This document shows, in pieces, positions 26,033-35,509 of a stretch of DNA of 64,000 nucleotides (its first letter is position 1; each line of letters starts with the position of its first letter). The translations under genes and the position numbers were made by a program. Source of the stretch: an uncultured Actinomycetes bacterium (GTDB lineage Bacteria; Actinomycetota; Thermoleophilia; Gaiellales; Gaiellaceae); assembly GCA_963766375.1 (NCBI GenBank), contig CAVXZG010000008.1, positions 3,853-67,852 on the forward strand. The letters run 5' to 3'. The notes beneath the pieces are model-generated. The model was not told the DNA's origin. It did not search any database and saw only the letters and a list, made by a program, of their open reading frames with translations.

Positions 26033-28870
26033 TCAGGAAGCCGCCGTGTCCGACAGCGCCGCAGCCAGTTGGGAGCGCGAGGTGATCGCGAGCTTCCGGT
26101 AGATGCTGGTGAGGTGGACCTCGACCGTCCGCTGGGTGATGAAGAGCGTCTGCGCGATCTCGCGGTTGGTCGGGCCCTCGGCGGCCATCTCGGCGATGCG
26201 CCGCTCGCTGGGGGTGAGCGAGGCCACCCCGCTCAGAGCGACGCGCCGCGGCCGCGCGCCGGTGGCGAGCAGCTCGCGCTCGGCACGTTCCACGACCGCC
26301 GTCGCCCCGCAGATCGTCGCCAGCTCGACGGCCTGCCGAAGGTGCTCGCGCGCCTCGGCGCGGCGATTGGCCCGCCGCAGCGCAGCTCCAAGCTCGGTGC
26401 GCGACTTCGCATGCTCGAGCTTGGCGGGCGAGCTCTCCACTACGCCGACCGCCTCCTCCAGCAGCGCCACGCCGCGCTCGCTACCCTCGAGAAGGCCCGC
26501 CACGCGCAAGGCCCCGGCGAGCGCACGCGGAGCTCCCCAGTTGCGGGCGTGCTCCACCTCCTCTGCCGCCAGCTGTCGGGCCTCGTCCTCTCGGCCGAGC
26601 TGGAGCAGGGCGAGCGCCGCCGGAGAGCGCCAGGCGATGAACGCAGGGTTGACGCTGCCGACGTCGTCGAAGCCCCGGCCGGCTTCGAGGAGCTGCTCCG
26701 CACCGCCGGCCGGATCGCCCCGCAGGATGCGCAACCGCGCGCTGCTGTCGCGGAGGAAGAGCACGCGCTCGCTGTCGAGTCGAGACTCGCGAAAGGCGAT
26801 GGTCGCGAGCGCGGCCGTGGCGTCGTCGAGCCTCCCCTGTTCCATCAGCGCGTCGGCGAGAAAGGCCGACGCGTGTCCGTAGAAACGGGCAGTCGGGCCC
26901 CAGGCTCGGCCCAGGGCAAGCGCCTCTCGCGCCTCGGACTCCGCCTCGAGGAGGTCGCCACGCCACACGAGCACGAGCAGGCGGAAGACCTTGGCGGCCG
27001 CAAAGGCGAGGGTCGAACCACGGCGTCGCGCCTCGGCGAGCGCGTCTTCGAAGATCACGAGCGCTTCGTCGAGGTCCGCCATCGCCAGGACCGTGACGGG
27101 CGGGATGAAGAAGGTGCCCGAGACGTCGTCCCGGACGAGCGCGCCCTCGCCGAGCGCTCGACGCGCGACCGGCACGACCTCCGCTGCAGGCTTGCCGGTG
27201 CGGCCATCGTAGTGCGCGAGCAGGGAGAGCAGCACCCTTTCCCCGAAGGTCTCCGCGGCGGATCGCTCCCGGACGGGCTCTAGCAACTGGAGGGCGTGGT
27301 CCTGCAGGGCGGGCGCGAACAGGTCGTTGGTGATCAGCGCGGCCTGGAGTAGGCGCTCGAGCTCGGGGTCGGCGCCGTCGAGGTCGGCCAGCGCCTGGGT
27401 GAGGACCGCGTCCGACTCCTCGCCTCTTAGGAGGTAGAGCTGACGGCCAAGCAGGAGCGCGATCTCGGCTTTCTTGAGCGGATCGTCGATCAGCTCCCGC
27501 GCAGCCTGCAGATGCTCGACCGCCGCCTCGCCGCTGATCCGCGTCTCGGCCGAGCCGAGCTCGACCAGCAGGTCGGCGCGTTCGGCTGCATCCGGAGGCT
27601 CGTCGAGGGCTCGGCGCAGATAGGCGACCGCGCTCTCGGAAGCCCCGCGCGTGCTCGCACGGCGGGCGGCCTCGCGCAGCGTCGCCACGCTCTCCTGCCG
27701 GCCCGCCGGAGGACTACGAAGCAGCTGCGAGGCGACACGCTCCGGCTCGGCGCCCGCGGCGGCCAGGAGCGCCGCAGCCCGCTCGTGACCTCCCTCGCGC
27801 TCGAGCTGGGTGAGTGAGTCGTAGACGGCTGCTCGGATCAGGGGATGGACGAACCCGAGCGGCTGCTGCGACCGGAGCACGTCGACCCGAACGAGGGCCG
27901 CGACCGCTTCGGAGGCTGCGCGTTCGTCAAGCTCGGCGAGCTCCGCGGCCTGGCGTGGATCGGCGTCGTCGCCGAGCACCGCGACGGCTTTGGCCAATGC
28001 CGTCGCCTCCGGCGGAAGCCACGCGAGCCGCAGCGAGACGGCGCGCGACCCGGCACGCGCCTCGAGCTCGCGCAGGCGGGGCACGTTCCCCTCCGTCGGC
28101 ACGACCCCTTCGACGGCGATCGCGTGCACGAGCTCGCGCAGGAGCAGCGGATTGCCGCCTGTCTCCTCGTGGCAGGCGGCGCAGAACGCATCGTCGGCGG
28201 TGGGTGAGAGGGACTCCCGCAAGAACTGCACCGTCCCCTCGAGGCTCAAGGGAGCGGGGTGGATCACGGTCGCGAGCGGGTCGGCCACGATCTGGTCCAG
28301 CAGGCCTGGATCCTCGCCGGCCTCGGCCGGCCTGAGCCCGGCGAGGACCGAGAGGGCGAGCCCCTCCATGCGCGGTAGCAGGTAGGCGAGCCACCGGAGC
28401 GACGGGAGATCGCACCAGTGGAGGTCGTCGATCGCGAGCAGGAGCGGTCGGCGCGCGGCGAGGTTCGCCGACAGCCAGTAAAGGCCGTGCAGCGTCGCCA
28501 GCGACGAGTCGGCCCCGGTCTCGGCGTCGAGCTGCTCAGGGTTGAAAAGGGGCTCGGCCAACGCCGCTGCGCCGGCGAGCGCGTCGGCCCGTTCCTCCTC
28601 CGACAGCGACGCGAGTAGCGGCTCGAAGAGCTGGCGCACGACGCCGAAAGAGAACGAGCGCTCGAGCTCCGAGCCTCGCCCACTGAGGACCCGCATCCCG
28701 GCCTCGTTGCCCCTCGACTTCGCCTCGGCTATCAGGGCGGTCTTGCCGATCCCAGGGGGCCCTTCGATCGCCATCAGCACGCCGCCGGAGTCGCCGCTTC
28801 CAACCAGGTCCTCGAGGGCGCCCAGCTCGGTATCCCGCTCGAGCAGGTCGAGCTTCTGACCAGTCTCCAC
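26033..28870 (-). CDS. LAL-type (large ATP-binding LuxR family) transcriptional regulator
   Basis: N-terminal P-loop GPPGIGKTAL, a long helical/TPR middle and the C-terminal HTH LTPSERRIAEMAAEGPTNREIAQTLFITQRTVEVHLTSIYRKL. GTG 28870 (VETGQKLDLLERDTELG) is preferred to the upstream ATG. No frame break in 2.8 kb. Confidence 0.9.
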   Translation of the reverse strand: METGQKLDLLERDTELGALEDLVGSGDSGGVLMAIEGPPGIGKTALIAEAKSRGNEAGMRVLSGRGSELERSFSFGVVRQLFEPLLASLSEEERADALAGAAALAEPLFNPEQLDAETGADSSLATLHGLYWLSANLAARRPLLLAIDDLHWCDLPSLRWLAYLLPRMEGLALSVLAGLRPAEAGEDPGLLDQIVADPLATVIHPAPLSLEGTVQFLRESLSPTADDAFCAACHEETGGNPLLLRELVHAIAVEGVVPTEGNVPRLRELEARAGSRAVSLRLAWLPPEATALAKAVAVLGDDADPRQAAELAELDERAASEAVAALVRVDVLRSQQPLGFVHPLIRAAVYDSLTQLEREGGHERAAALLAAAGAEPERVASQLLRSPPAGRQESVATLREAARRASTRGASESAVAYLRRALDEPPDAAERADLLVELGSAETRISGEAAVEHLQAARELIDDPLKKAEIALLLGRQLYLLRGEESDAVLTQALADLDGADPELERLLQAALITNDLFAPALQDHALQLLEPVRERSAAETFGERVLLSLLAHYDGRTGKPAAEVVPVARRALGEGALVRDDVSGTFFIPPVTVLAMADLDEALVIFEDALAEARRRGSTLAFAAAKVFRLLVLVWRGDLLEAESEAREALALGRAWGPTARFYGHASAFLADALMEQGRLDDATAALATIAFRESRLDSERVLFLRDSSARLRILRGDPAGGAEQLLEAGRGFDDVGSVNPAFIAWRSPAALALLQLGREDEARQLAAEEVEHARNWGAPRALAGALRVAGLLEGSERGVALLEEAVGVVESSPAKLEHAKSRTELGAALRRANRRAEAREHLRQAVELATICGATAVVERAERELLATGARPRRVALSGVASLTPSERRIAEMAAEGPTNREIAQTLFITQRTVEVHLTSIYRKLAITSRSQLAAALSDTAAS

Positions 28871-28926
28871 CCTTGCCTCCCGGCAGGAGTCTAGTCCCCG
28901 CCCCCAAGGCCGTCTTCCGCGCCGGC

Positions 28927-28961
28927 GGCCAAAGACTTCGGTTCGGTTTTGGGGGTGGCCA
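28927..28961 (+). repeat. 35-bp motif copy B in the divergent LAL / MFS intergenic region
   Basis: ggCCAAAGACTTCGGTTCggtttTGGGGGTggCCA, 83 nt upstream of the MFS ATG 29045 and 56 nt from the LAL start. Confidence 0.6.
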
Positions 28962-29044
28962 CGACGCGACGCCCCGCCTTCCGCACGCACCATCGACCCA
29001 TGACCCACAGGGGTGCCACATCACCAGAAAGCGAGGCCAAGCTC

Positions 29045-30527
29045 ATGAACGAATCAGCTCCCGCCCCAGCCGCCGCGTCGACGCTCTCATCCCGTCGCGG
29101 CGTCGCGATCCTGCTCCTGCTCAGCGTCGTCCAGTTCATGGACATCCTCGACGCCTCGATCCTCAACATCGCCCTGCCGTCGATCAAGAGCGATCTCGGC
29201 TTCAGTCAGCAGAGCCTGCAGTGGGTGGTCAACGGCTACATCCTCACCTACGGCGGTTTCCTGCTCCTCGGCGGCCGCATGGCCGACCTGCTCGGCCGCC
29301 GCAGCGTTCTGGTCACCGGCCTGATCGTTTTCGCGGGTTCGTCGTTGCTCGGCGGTCTCGCCCACACCAGCTCGCTGCTCGTCGCCGCCCGCTTTGCCCA
29401 GGGAATCGGGGCGGCCATGATGTCTCCAGCCGCCCTCTCCACACTGACGAGCACCTTCCGCAGCACGCGTGACCGCAACACCGCCCTCGGCGTGTGGGCG
29501 GCCGTCTCGGGAATCGGCGGCGCCGCCGGCGTCCTCTTCGGCGGCTTGCTGACGGAAGGCCCCGGGCTGGCGCTGGGTGCTGTTCATCAACGTCCCCTTC
29601 AGCGCGATCGCCTTGGTCGGGGCCTTCGTCCTGCTCGAGCGCGAGCGCGTACGCCCCGGCTGGCTGAAGAACTTCGATGTCCTCGGCGCCTTCCTCGTGA
29701 CCGGCGGCATGCTCCAGCTGGTCTACGCGCTGGTGAAGGCACCGGACCGTCGGCTGGGGGGCGGGCTGGACGATGTCGACCTGGGCATTGCGGCCCTGCT
29801 CCTGGTCGGGTTCGTCGTCAACGAGCTGCGCGCGCGCAACCCGCTCGTGCCGATGTCGATCCTGAAGGTCAAGGGCGTCGCCGCCGCCGACGCGACCCAG
29901 CTGGTGGCGATCGCCGGCTTCCTGCCGATGTTCTTCTTCCTCACGCTCTACATGCAGACCGTCCTGCACTACTCGCCGATCCAGACAGGCGTTGCCTACC
30001 TGCCGCTGACGGTCGGCTTCATCATCGCGGCAAGCATCAGCTCGCAGCTGTTCGCGCGCATCGGCACCAAGCCGGTGGTCGTGCTGGGCACCGTGATCTC
30101 GGCCGCCGGCCTCTACTGGCTGTCGCTGATCCCGGTCGACGGCTCGTACGTATCGGACATCCTGCCCGGCCTGATGATCGTCTCGATCGGGATGGGCGGT
30201 GTCTTCACCGGTCTGACGACCGCCGCGAACGCGGGCGTCGACCAGGACAAGGCGGGCCTCGCCGCCGGCCTGCTCAACACGGGCCAGCAACTGGGCGCCG
30301 CGCTCGGCCTGGCGATCCTCTCGGCGGTCGCCACGGCGCAGACGAAGTCCGTCTTGAGCGCCGGCGACGGCCTCGCTCAGGCCGCGACCCACGGCTACCA
30401 GCGCGCACTCCTGGTCGGCGCGTTCATCGTCGGTGCGGCGACCGTCGTGGCGCTCCTGACGCCTAACACCCGTGAGACCACCGCCGCGGTCGTCGAGGAA
30501 GAGCCGGCGCTCGACCTGGCGGCCTAG
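29045..30527 (+). pseudogene. MFS drug/H+ antiporter (DHA2, 14-TMS EmrB/QacA type), one frame break as assembled
   Basis: LDASILNIALPSI, GRMADLLGRR and FAQGIGAAMMSPA motifs. The frame switches near 29563 at ccccggg (EGPG|WRWVLFINVPF) and then runs to 30527. Confidence 0.85.
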
Positions 30528-30533
30528 GCACCT

Positions 30534-30565
30534 GGGGGAGCCGCGCCCGTGCGCGTGGCTCCCCC
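30534..30565 (+). terminator. GC-rich hairpin downstream of the MFS gene
   Basis: GGGGGAGC CGCG cccgtg CGCG (tg bulge) GCTCCCCC, 7 nt after the stop. No U-tract, which is common in high-G+C genomes. Confidence 0.4.
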
Positions 30566-30665
30566 GACCAACCGAGACGGAGGCCGAAGGGACCAACGAA
30601 CACAGCGGACTAGTACGCGGTTGTTCATCTCGCGTTCATGAAAACGCGGGCACCATTCGGCGGAC

Positions 30666-31343
30666 ATGAAGGTTCTGGTCGTCGAAGACGAGCTGCGGAT
30701 GGCGAGCCTGATCCGCCGCGGGCTCGTGACCGAGGGCCTGGCGGCGGACGTCGCCCCGACCGGCGAGGACGCGCTTTGGATGGCTCAGGCGCACGAGTAC
30801 GACGCGATCGTGCTCGACGTGATGCTCCCAGGGATCAACGGTTTCGAGACCTGCCGGCGGCTCCGCGAAGAGGGCATCTGGTCGCCCGTGCTGATGCTGA
30901 CCGCGCGAGATTCAGTCGAGGACCGGGTGGCCGGGCTGGACACGGGCGCCGATGATTACCTCGTCAAGCCGTTTGCGTTCGCCGAGTTGCTCGCCCGCCT
31001 GCGGGCGCTGGCCCGGCGCGGCGACGCGGAGCGGCCGACCGTGCTCGAGGTCGGCGACCTGCGCCTCGATCCGGCCGGGCGCGAGGTCAGGCGCGGGGAC
31101 AGCGAGATCCGGCTGTCGGCGAAGGAGTTCGCGCTCCTCGAGACGTTCATGCGCCGGCCCGGCGAGGTCCTTTCGCGCCTCCACCTGCTCGAGCACGCCT
31201 GGGACTTCGCCTACGAGAACCGGTCGAACGTCGTGGACGTCTACGTCCGCCATCTCCGACAGAAGATCGATCAGCCGTTCGGCCGCCGCTCGCTCGAGAC
31301 GGTTCGCGGCGCCGGCTACCGGCTGCGGGCGGACGGAACGTGA
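30666..31343 (+). CDS. OmpR-family response regulator
   Basis: Receiver domain (VVEDE...DAIVLDVMLPG...TARD...GADDYLVKPF) and winged-helix output (LSAKEFALLETFMRRPGEVLSR...VDVYVRHLRQKID...VRGAGYRL). Confidence 0.95.
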   Translation: MKVLVVEDELRMASLIRRGLVTEGLAADVAPTGEDALWMAQAHEYDAIVLDVMLPGINGFETCRRLREEGIWSPVLMLTARDSVEDRVAGLDTGADDYLVKPFAFAELLARLRALARRGDAERPTVLEVGDLRLDPAGREVRRGDSEIRLSAKEFALLETFMRRPGEVLSRLHLLEHAWDFAYENRSNVVDVYVRHLRQKIDQPFGRRSLETVRGAGYRLRADGT

Positions 31344-32779
31344 GCCGACTTCCGATCAGACTCCGCGTCACCGCCGCGCTCGCGCTCGCGATGGCGCTCG
31401 TGCTCGCGGCCTCGGGGTGGTTCCTCTACTCACGACTGGACTCTCATCTCGCCACGGCGCTCGACGCGGCGCTGCAGGTTCGCGCCCAGGACCTCACAAC
31501 GCTCGTCCACCAGCCGAACGCCTCGCTCGCGGAGGAAAGCGGCGGACGGTTCATCGAGCAGGGCGAGAGCTTCGCCCAGCTCCTGGATCCGGGAGGCGCC
31601 GTGCTGGATGCGACGAAGCCGCTCGGCTCAGCGTCGCTCCTCGGCCGGACCGAGCTCAGGGCGGCCGAGAGCGAGCCGATCTACGCAAATCGGTCTTCCA
31701 TCCCGGGCCTGAACGAGCCCTCGCGGCTGCTTGCGAGCCCCGTCGAGCGGGGAGGCCGCAAGCTCGTGCTGGTCGTAGGCGCCACGCGGGGGAACGACGC
31801 AGAAACGCTCGCCGCCTTCCGGGACGAGCTACTCATCGCAGGCCCGATCGCCCTCATCCTGGCCTCGCTTGCCGGGTACTTTCTCGCCGGGTTAGCGCTT
31901 CGTCCGGTCGAGTCCATGCGCAGCCGTGCCGCCGCGATCTCGGCCGAGACGCCGGGCGAGCGCCTGCCGGTCCCCGCCACTCGAGACGAGATCGAGCGGC
32001 TCGGGCAGACCCTGAACGAGATGCTCGGGCGGCTCGAAGACGCCCTTCAGCGCGAGCGCGACTTCGTCGCAGATGCCGGGCACGAGCTCCGGACGCCGCT
32101 CGCGCTGCTCCGCACGGAGCTCGAGCTCGCGCTGCGGCACGGCCGCTCGCCCGAGGAGCTCCGCGAGGCGGTGCGCTGGTCGACCCAGGAGGTCGACCGC
32201 CTGACGCAGCTCGCCGAGGACCTCCTGCTGATCGCTCGCTCCGACCGAGGGAAGCTGCCGCTGACCATGGAGCCGCTCGACGCCGACGAGCTCCTTTCGT
32301 CCGTGGTAAGCCGGTTCCAATGGCGTGCGGATGAGAGCGCGAGGCCGCTCGCCCACGACGCTGCGTCCGGAGTGCCCCTCCACGGCGACCGCCTGCGCCT
32401 CGAACAGGCTCTCGGCAACCTTGTCGACAATGCGCTCCGCCACGGCAACGGGAGCGTGAGCCTGCGCGCGAGCAATGTCGACGGAGCCGTGGAGCTCCAT
32501 GTCGAGGACGAGGGTGGCGGATTTCCACCCGCCTTTCTGGAGCACGCCTTCGAGCGGTTCAGCCGCCCACAGCCTGGGCGGGAAGGGTCGGGCGCAGGGC
32601 TCGGCCTGTCGATCGTCCGGGTGATCGCCGAGGCTCACGGCGGCGTCGCGGAAGCGGCAAATGGTCCGGCAGGCGGTGCTGACGTGTGGCTCGTGCTGTC
32701 CGCGGCTACGGCGCCGCCGTCGACGCGCTCGAGGCCGTCGTCTGGGAGCGTCTCCCAGGACGCAACCGAGCGGACGTAG
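31340..32779 (+). CDS. sensor histidine kinase (partner of the OmpR-type regulator)
   Basis: GTGA overlap with the regulator stop. Two TM segments, HAMP-like linker, H-box DAGHELRTPLA, N-box DNALRHG and a G-box GAGLGLSIV. The last ~25 codons overlap the convergent GFA gene, so the 3' end is uncertain. Confidence 0.9.
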   Translation: MSRLPIRLRVTAALALAMALVLAASGWFLYSRLDSHLATALDAALQVRAQDLTTLVHQPNASLAEESGGRFIEQGESFAQLLDPGGAVLDATKPLGSASLLGRTELRAAESEPIYANRSSIPGLNEPSRLLASPVERGGRKLVLVVGATRGNDAETLAAFRDELLIAGPIALILASLAGYFLAGLALRPVESMRSRAAAISAETPGERLPVPATRDEIERLGQTLNEMLGRLEDALQRERDFVADAGHELRTPLALLRTELELALRHGRSPEELREAVRWSTQEVDRLTQLAEDLLLIARSDRGKLPLTMEPLDADELLSSVVSRFQWRADESARPLAHDAASGVPLHGDRLRLEQALGNLVDNALRHGNGSVSLRASNVDGAVELHVEDEGGGFPPAFLEHAFERFSRPQPGREGSGAGLGLSIVRVIAEAHGGVAEAANGPAGGADVWLVLSAATAPPSTRSRPSSGSVSQDATERT

Positions 32780-33113
32780 ATGTGCTTGCGTCGGCTTGCT
32801 CGTCCAGCGGCGAGTCGATCGCGCTCAGGCGCACGCTCGCCGCGTCGGACTCCGGCCAGCCGCCGCCGAAGAGGTTCGAGCCGCAGACCGAGCAGAACGT
32901 CTTCGCGCTGCCTTCTTCCGGCTGGTAGGTGCGCAGGAGCTCCTCGCCCTCGAGGATGCTCACCTCGTCGCTGTGGACCCGGCCGTTTGCCGTGCCGACG
33001 CCGCCGGAGAGCTTCTTGCAGGTCGTGCAGTGGCAGAACGCGCGTGCCTCGAAGGTTTCCGGGACCTCGAACTGCACGCCCCCGCACTGGCAGCTGCCTC
33101 GCAACGCGGCCAT
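32635..33113 (-). pseudogene. GFA (glutathione-dependent formaldehyde-activating / CENP-V-like) family protein, at least one frame break near the 3' end
   Basis: Zn-Cys pattern CQCGGVQFEV...CHCTTCKK...FCSVCGSNLF. After PLDEQA (~32775) the conserved KHIYVRSVASWETLPDDGL continues in another frame. The true stop is unclear (32635 or 32706). Confidence 0.75.
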
Positions 33114-33141
33114 GGAATCGAGCCTACCGTAGGATCGCCGC

Positions 33142-34248
33142 GTGAAGATCCGCGCGGCAGTGCTGGAGTCGTTCGGGGCTCCGCTCGAGGTGCAGGAGCT
33201 CGAGCTCGCCGAGCCGCGCGCGGGCGAGGTGCTGGTCCGGCTCGTGGCCTGCGGCGTCTGCCACACCGACCTGTTCACGGCTTCAGGCGCCGATCCGTCC
33301 GGCTACTCGCCGACCGTGCTCGGGCACGAGGGAGCCGGCGTCGTCGAGCGGGTCGGCGAGGGCGTCACTTCGTTGTCGCCGGGCGACCACGTCGTCACGC
33401 TCTTCTCGCCGCAGTGCCGCGAGTGTGTGCACTGCCTCGACCCGCGGACGAACCTCTGCCTCGCGATCCGCGAGCAGCAGGGCCAGGGCTTCCTGCCCGA
33501 CGGGACGACGCGCTTGTCCCGCGACGGCGAGCCCGTGCGCCACTTCATGGGCACCTCGACCTTCGCCGAGGCGACGGTGATGCCGGAGATCGCGCTCGCG
33601 AAGGTGAGCCCGGAGGCGCCGCTCGACCGGGCGTGCCTGTTCGCCTGCGGGCTCTCGACCGGCCTCGGCGCGGCGATGAACACCGCGCGGGTGGAGCCGG
33701 GCTCGACGTGTGTCGTCTTCGGCGCGGGGATGGTCGGCCTGGGCGCGGTCGCGGGTTGCCGCCTGCAGGGAGCGGAGCGGATCGTCTGCGTCGACCTCTC
33801 CGAAGAGCGGCTCGAGCTGGCGCGCGGCCAGGGCGCAACCGAGACGCTCGTCGGCGGGCCCGACACGGTCGAGCGGATCCTCGAGCTGACGGGCGGCTTC
33901 GGCGCCGACTACACCTTCGAGGCGACCGGCAGCGTCGGGGTGATGCGGCAGGCGGTCGAGTCGGCCCGCATGGGCTGGGGCCTCGCCACGGTCTGCGGCG
34001 TCGCCGGCAAGGGCGAGACGCTCGAGGTCGTGCCGCGCTTCCTGATCACCGGCCGGCGCGTGGCCGGCTCGTCGTTCGGCGGGGTCAAGGGCCGCGACCA
34101 GGTGCCGCAGCTCGTCGAGCGCTGGCTCGCCGGGGAGATCGACGTCGAGCCGTTCGTCTCGCACAAGCTGACGCTGGACGAGGTCAACCGGGGCTTCGAG
34201 CTGATGGAGGCCCAGGACGGCATCCGCAGCGTGATCGACTTCGGCTAG
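33142..34248 (+). CDS. class III Zn-dependent alcohol dehydrogenase (thiol-dependent formaldehyde dehydrogenase type)
   Basis: CGVCHTD, GHEGAGVVE, structural-Zn Cys cluster CRECVHCLDPRTNLC and Rossmann VFGAGMVGLG. 368 aa, intact, divergent from the GFA gene. Confidence 0.9.
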   Translation: MKIRAAVLESFGAPLEVQELELAEPRAGEVLVRLVACGVCHTDLFTASGADPSGYSPTVLGHEGAGVVERVGEGVTSLSPGDHVVTLFSPQCRECVHCLDPRTNLCLAIREQQGQGFLPDGTTRLSRDGEPVRHFMGTSTFAEATVMPEIALAKVSPEAPLDRACLFACGLSTGLGAAMNTARVEPGSTCVVFGAGMVGLGAVAGCRLQGAERIVCVDLSEERLELARGQGATETLVGGPDTVERILELTGGFGADYTFEATGSVGVMRQAVESARMGWGLATVCGVAGKGETLEVVPRFLITGRRVAGSSFGGVKGRDQVPQLVERWLAGEIDVEPFVSHKLTLDEVNRGFELMEAQDGIRSVIDFG

Positions 34249-34586
34249 ATCGGCTTCAGCGGGTCGTGGCCCCAGTTCAGCAACGAATAGCGCCAGCGCG
34301 TGTCCCTCACGTCGCCCCGCGGCCGCTGTGCGAGGTGCCGGTGCACGTACCCCACGACCTTTCGCATGTGCCTGTAGTCGTCGATCGTCAGATCCCGATC
34401 CCTGGGCTTCCGTAACAGAGAGACGATGCGCCGACCAGAAGCGTGCCCGACGGACTCGCCCCCGCCGCGCCGGAAGCCGACTGCCGTGGACTCGTCCGTC
34501 CGCAGCCATGCTTCGAGCTCTCGGTCGGTGAGGTTCACGACCTCGTGGAACTGAAGCCAGACTCGCTTGCGTTCTTCGTCTGTCAT
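34245..34586 (-). CDS. DUF3140 family protein
   Basis: FHEVVNLTDRELEAWLRTDES...GHASGRRIVSLLRK...DDYRHMRKVVGYVHRHLAQRP matches the DUF3140 pattern; 113 aa. Confidence 0.8.
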   Translation of the reverse strand: MTDEERKRVWLQFHEVVNLTDRELEAWLRTDESTAVGFRRGGGESVGHASGRRIVSLLRKPRDRDLTIDDYRHMRKVVGYVHRHLAQRPRGDVRDTRWRYSLLNWGHDPLKPI

Positions 34587-34596
34587 CGATGACCCG

Positions 34597-34622
34597 CGAG
34601 GGCCCGGCTGACCGGGCCCTCG
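34597..34622 (-). terminator. perfect 11-bp stem hairpin downstream of the fasciclin gene
   Basis: CGAGGGCCCGG-ctga-CCGGGCCCTCG lies between the fasciclin stop (34641) and the DUF3140 start (34586). No U-tract. Confidence 0.5.
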
Positions 34623-34640
34623 CTTGCGTCTGGACGAGCC

Positions 34641-35150
34641 TCAGCTCGTCGGCGGGATCAGCACCCGGTTGATGACGTGGATGACGCCGTTCGAGGCCAG
34701 GACATTCGGTTTAACGACCCTGGCGCCGTTGATGTAGACCATGCCTCCGCTGACGCGGATTCGCACAACCGCCCCGTTCAGCGTCTTCGCGGAGCGCAGC
34801 TTCGTCACCTTCGCCGCGGTTAGGCGGCCGCTGACGACGTGGTAGAGCAGGACCGCGCGCAGCTTGGCCTTGTCGGCCGCGAGCTGCTTGAGTGTCGCCT
34901 TCGGAACCTTTGCGAACGCGGCGTCGGTGGGGGCGAACACGGTGAATCGGCCCGTTCCGGACAGCGTCTTCGCGAGACCCGCCTGCTTCACGAGCGAGAC
35001 GAGCGTCTTGAACTGTCCGGCCGCCGCCGCCGTCTGCACCACGTTCAACTGGGCCCCGCGCGGGCTGCTCGTGGCCGCAAGTGCGCCTGCCGCCAGAACC
35101 GCGACTGCAGTCGCGAGCAGTGCGGCTGTCGTGAGTCGTAGTTTGCCCAT
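34641..35150 (-). CDS. secreted fasciclin (FAS1) domain protein
   Basis: GGAGAGGAG SD before ATG 35150; signal peptide. FAS1 motifs FTVFAPTDAAF, LLYHVV and NGVIHVINRVLIP. Confidence 0.85.
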   Translation of the reverse strand: MGKLRLTTAALLATAVAVLAAGALAATSSPRGAQLNVVQTAAAAGQFKTLVSLVKQAGLAKTLSGTGRFTVFAPTDAAFAKVPKATLKQLAADKAKLRAVLLYHVVSGRLTAAKVTKLRSAKTLNGAVVRIRVSGGMVYINGARVVKPNVLASNGVIHVINRVLIPPTS

Positions 35151-35178
35151 TCTGTTTCTCCTCTCCGTTGACTGCTTG

Positions 35179-35418
35179 CTAGGCGACGCTGGCCGACGGC
35201 TTGCCGCTCCAGCGACGGGTGAGCGCCAGCAGCCGCGCCGTTCCGTAAAGAGCAGCAAGGCCGACGAGCCCGTAGACGATCCGGCTGGCGGCGCTCGTCT
35301 CGCCGAAATCGCGGCCGAAGATCCATGCCACCAGGTCGAACTCGGCGAGAGCGACGAGGCCCCAGTTGAGCCCGCCGACGATCAGCAAGGTCGCCGCGAA
35401 CAGATCGATCCGTTCCAT
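35179..35418 (-). CDS. DUF378 family small membrane protein
   Basis: IVGGLNWGLVALAEFDLVAWIFG...YGLVGLAAL is the characteristic DUF378 pattern; 79 aa. Confidence 0.8.
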   Translation of the reverse strand: MERIDLFAATLLIVGGLNWGLVALAEFDLVAWIFGRDFGETSAASRIVYGLVGLAALYGTARLLALTRRWSGKPSASVA

Positions 35419-35509
35419 CCTGTCCCTCCTTTGTCTAGGTTTCGTCCAGACTCTAGCGGGCTAGCAGCGGCTTTGTCAAATCTTTGTCTAGATTCTGTAC
35501 AGTGAGGAC

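Noticed and set aside
25996-28961. The inverted repeats flanking the LAL gene as ends of a transposon or MITE-like mobile element.
   Set aside because: There is no transposase or recombinase inside, and no matching target-site duplication (flanks gcatcg versus acgacg). Each copy sits at a promoter-like distance from an outward gene. Kept as a regulatory-motif finding instead, with mobility not fully excluded.
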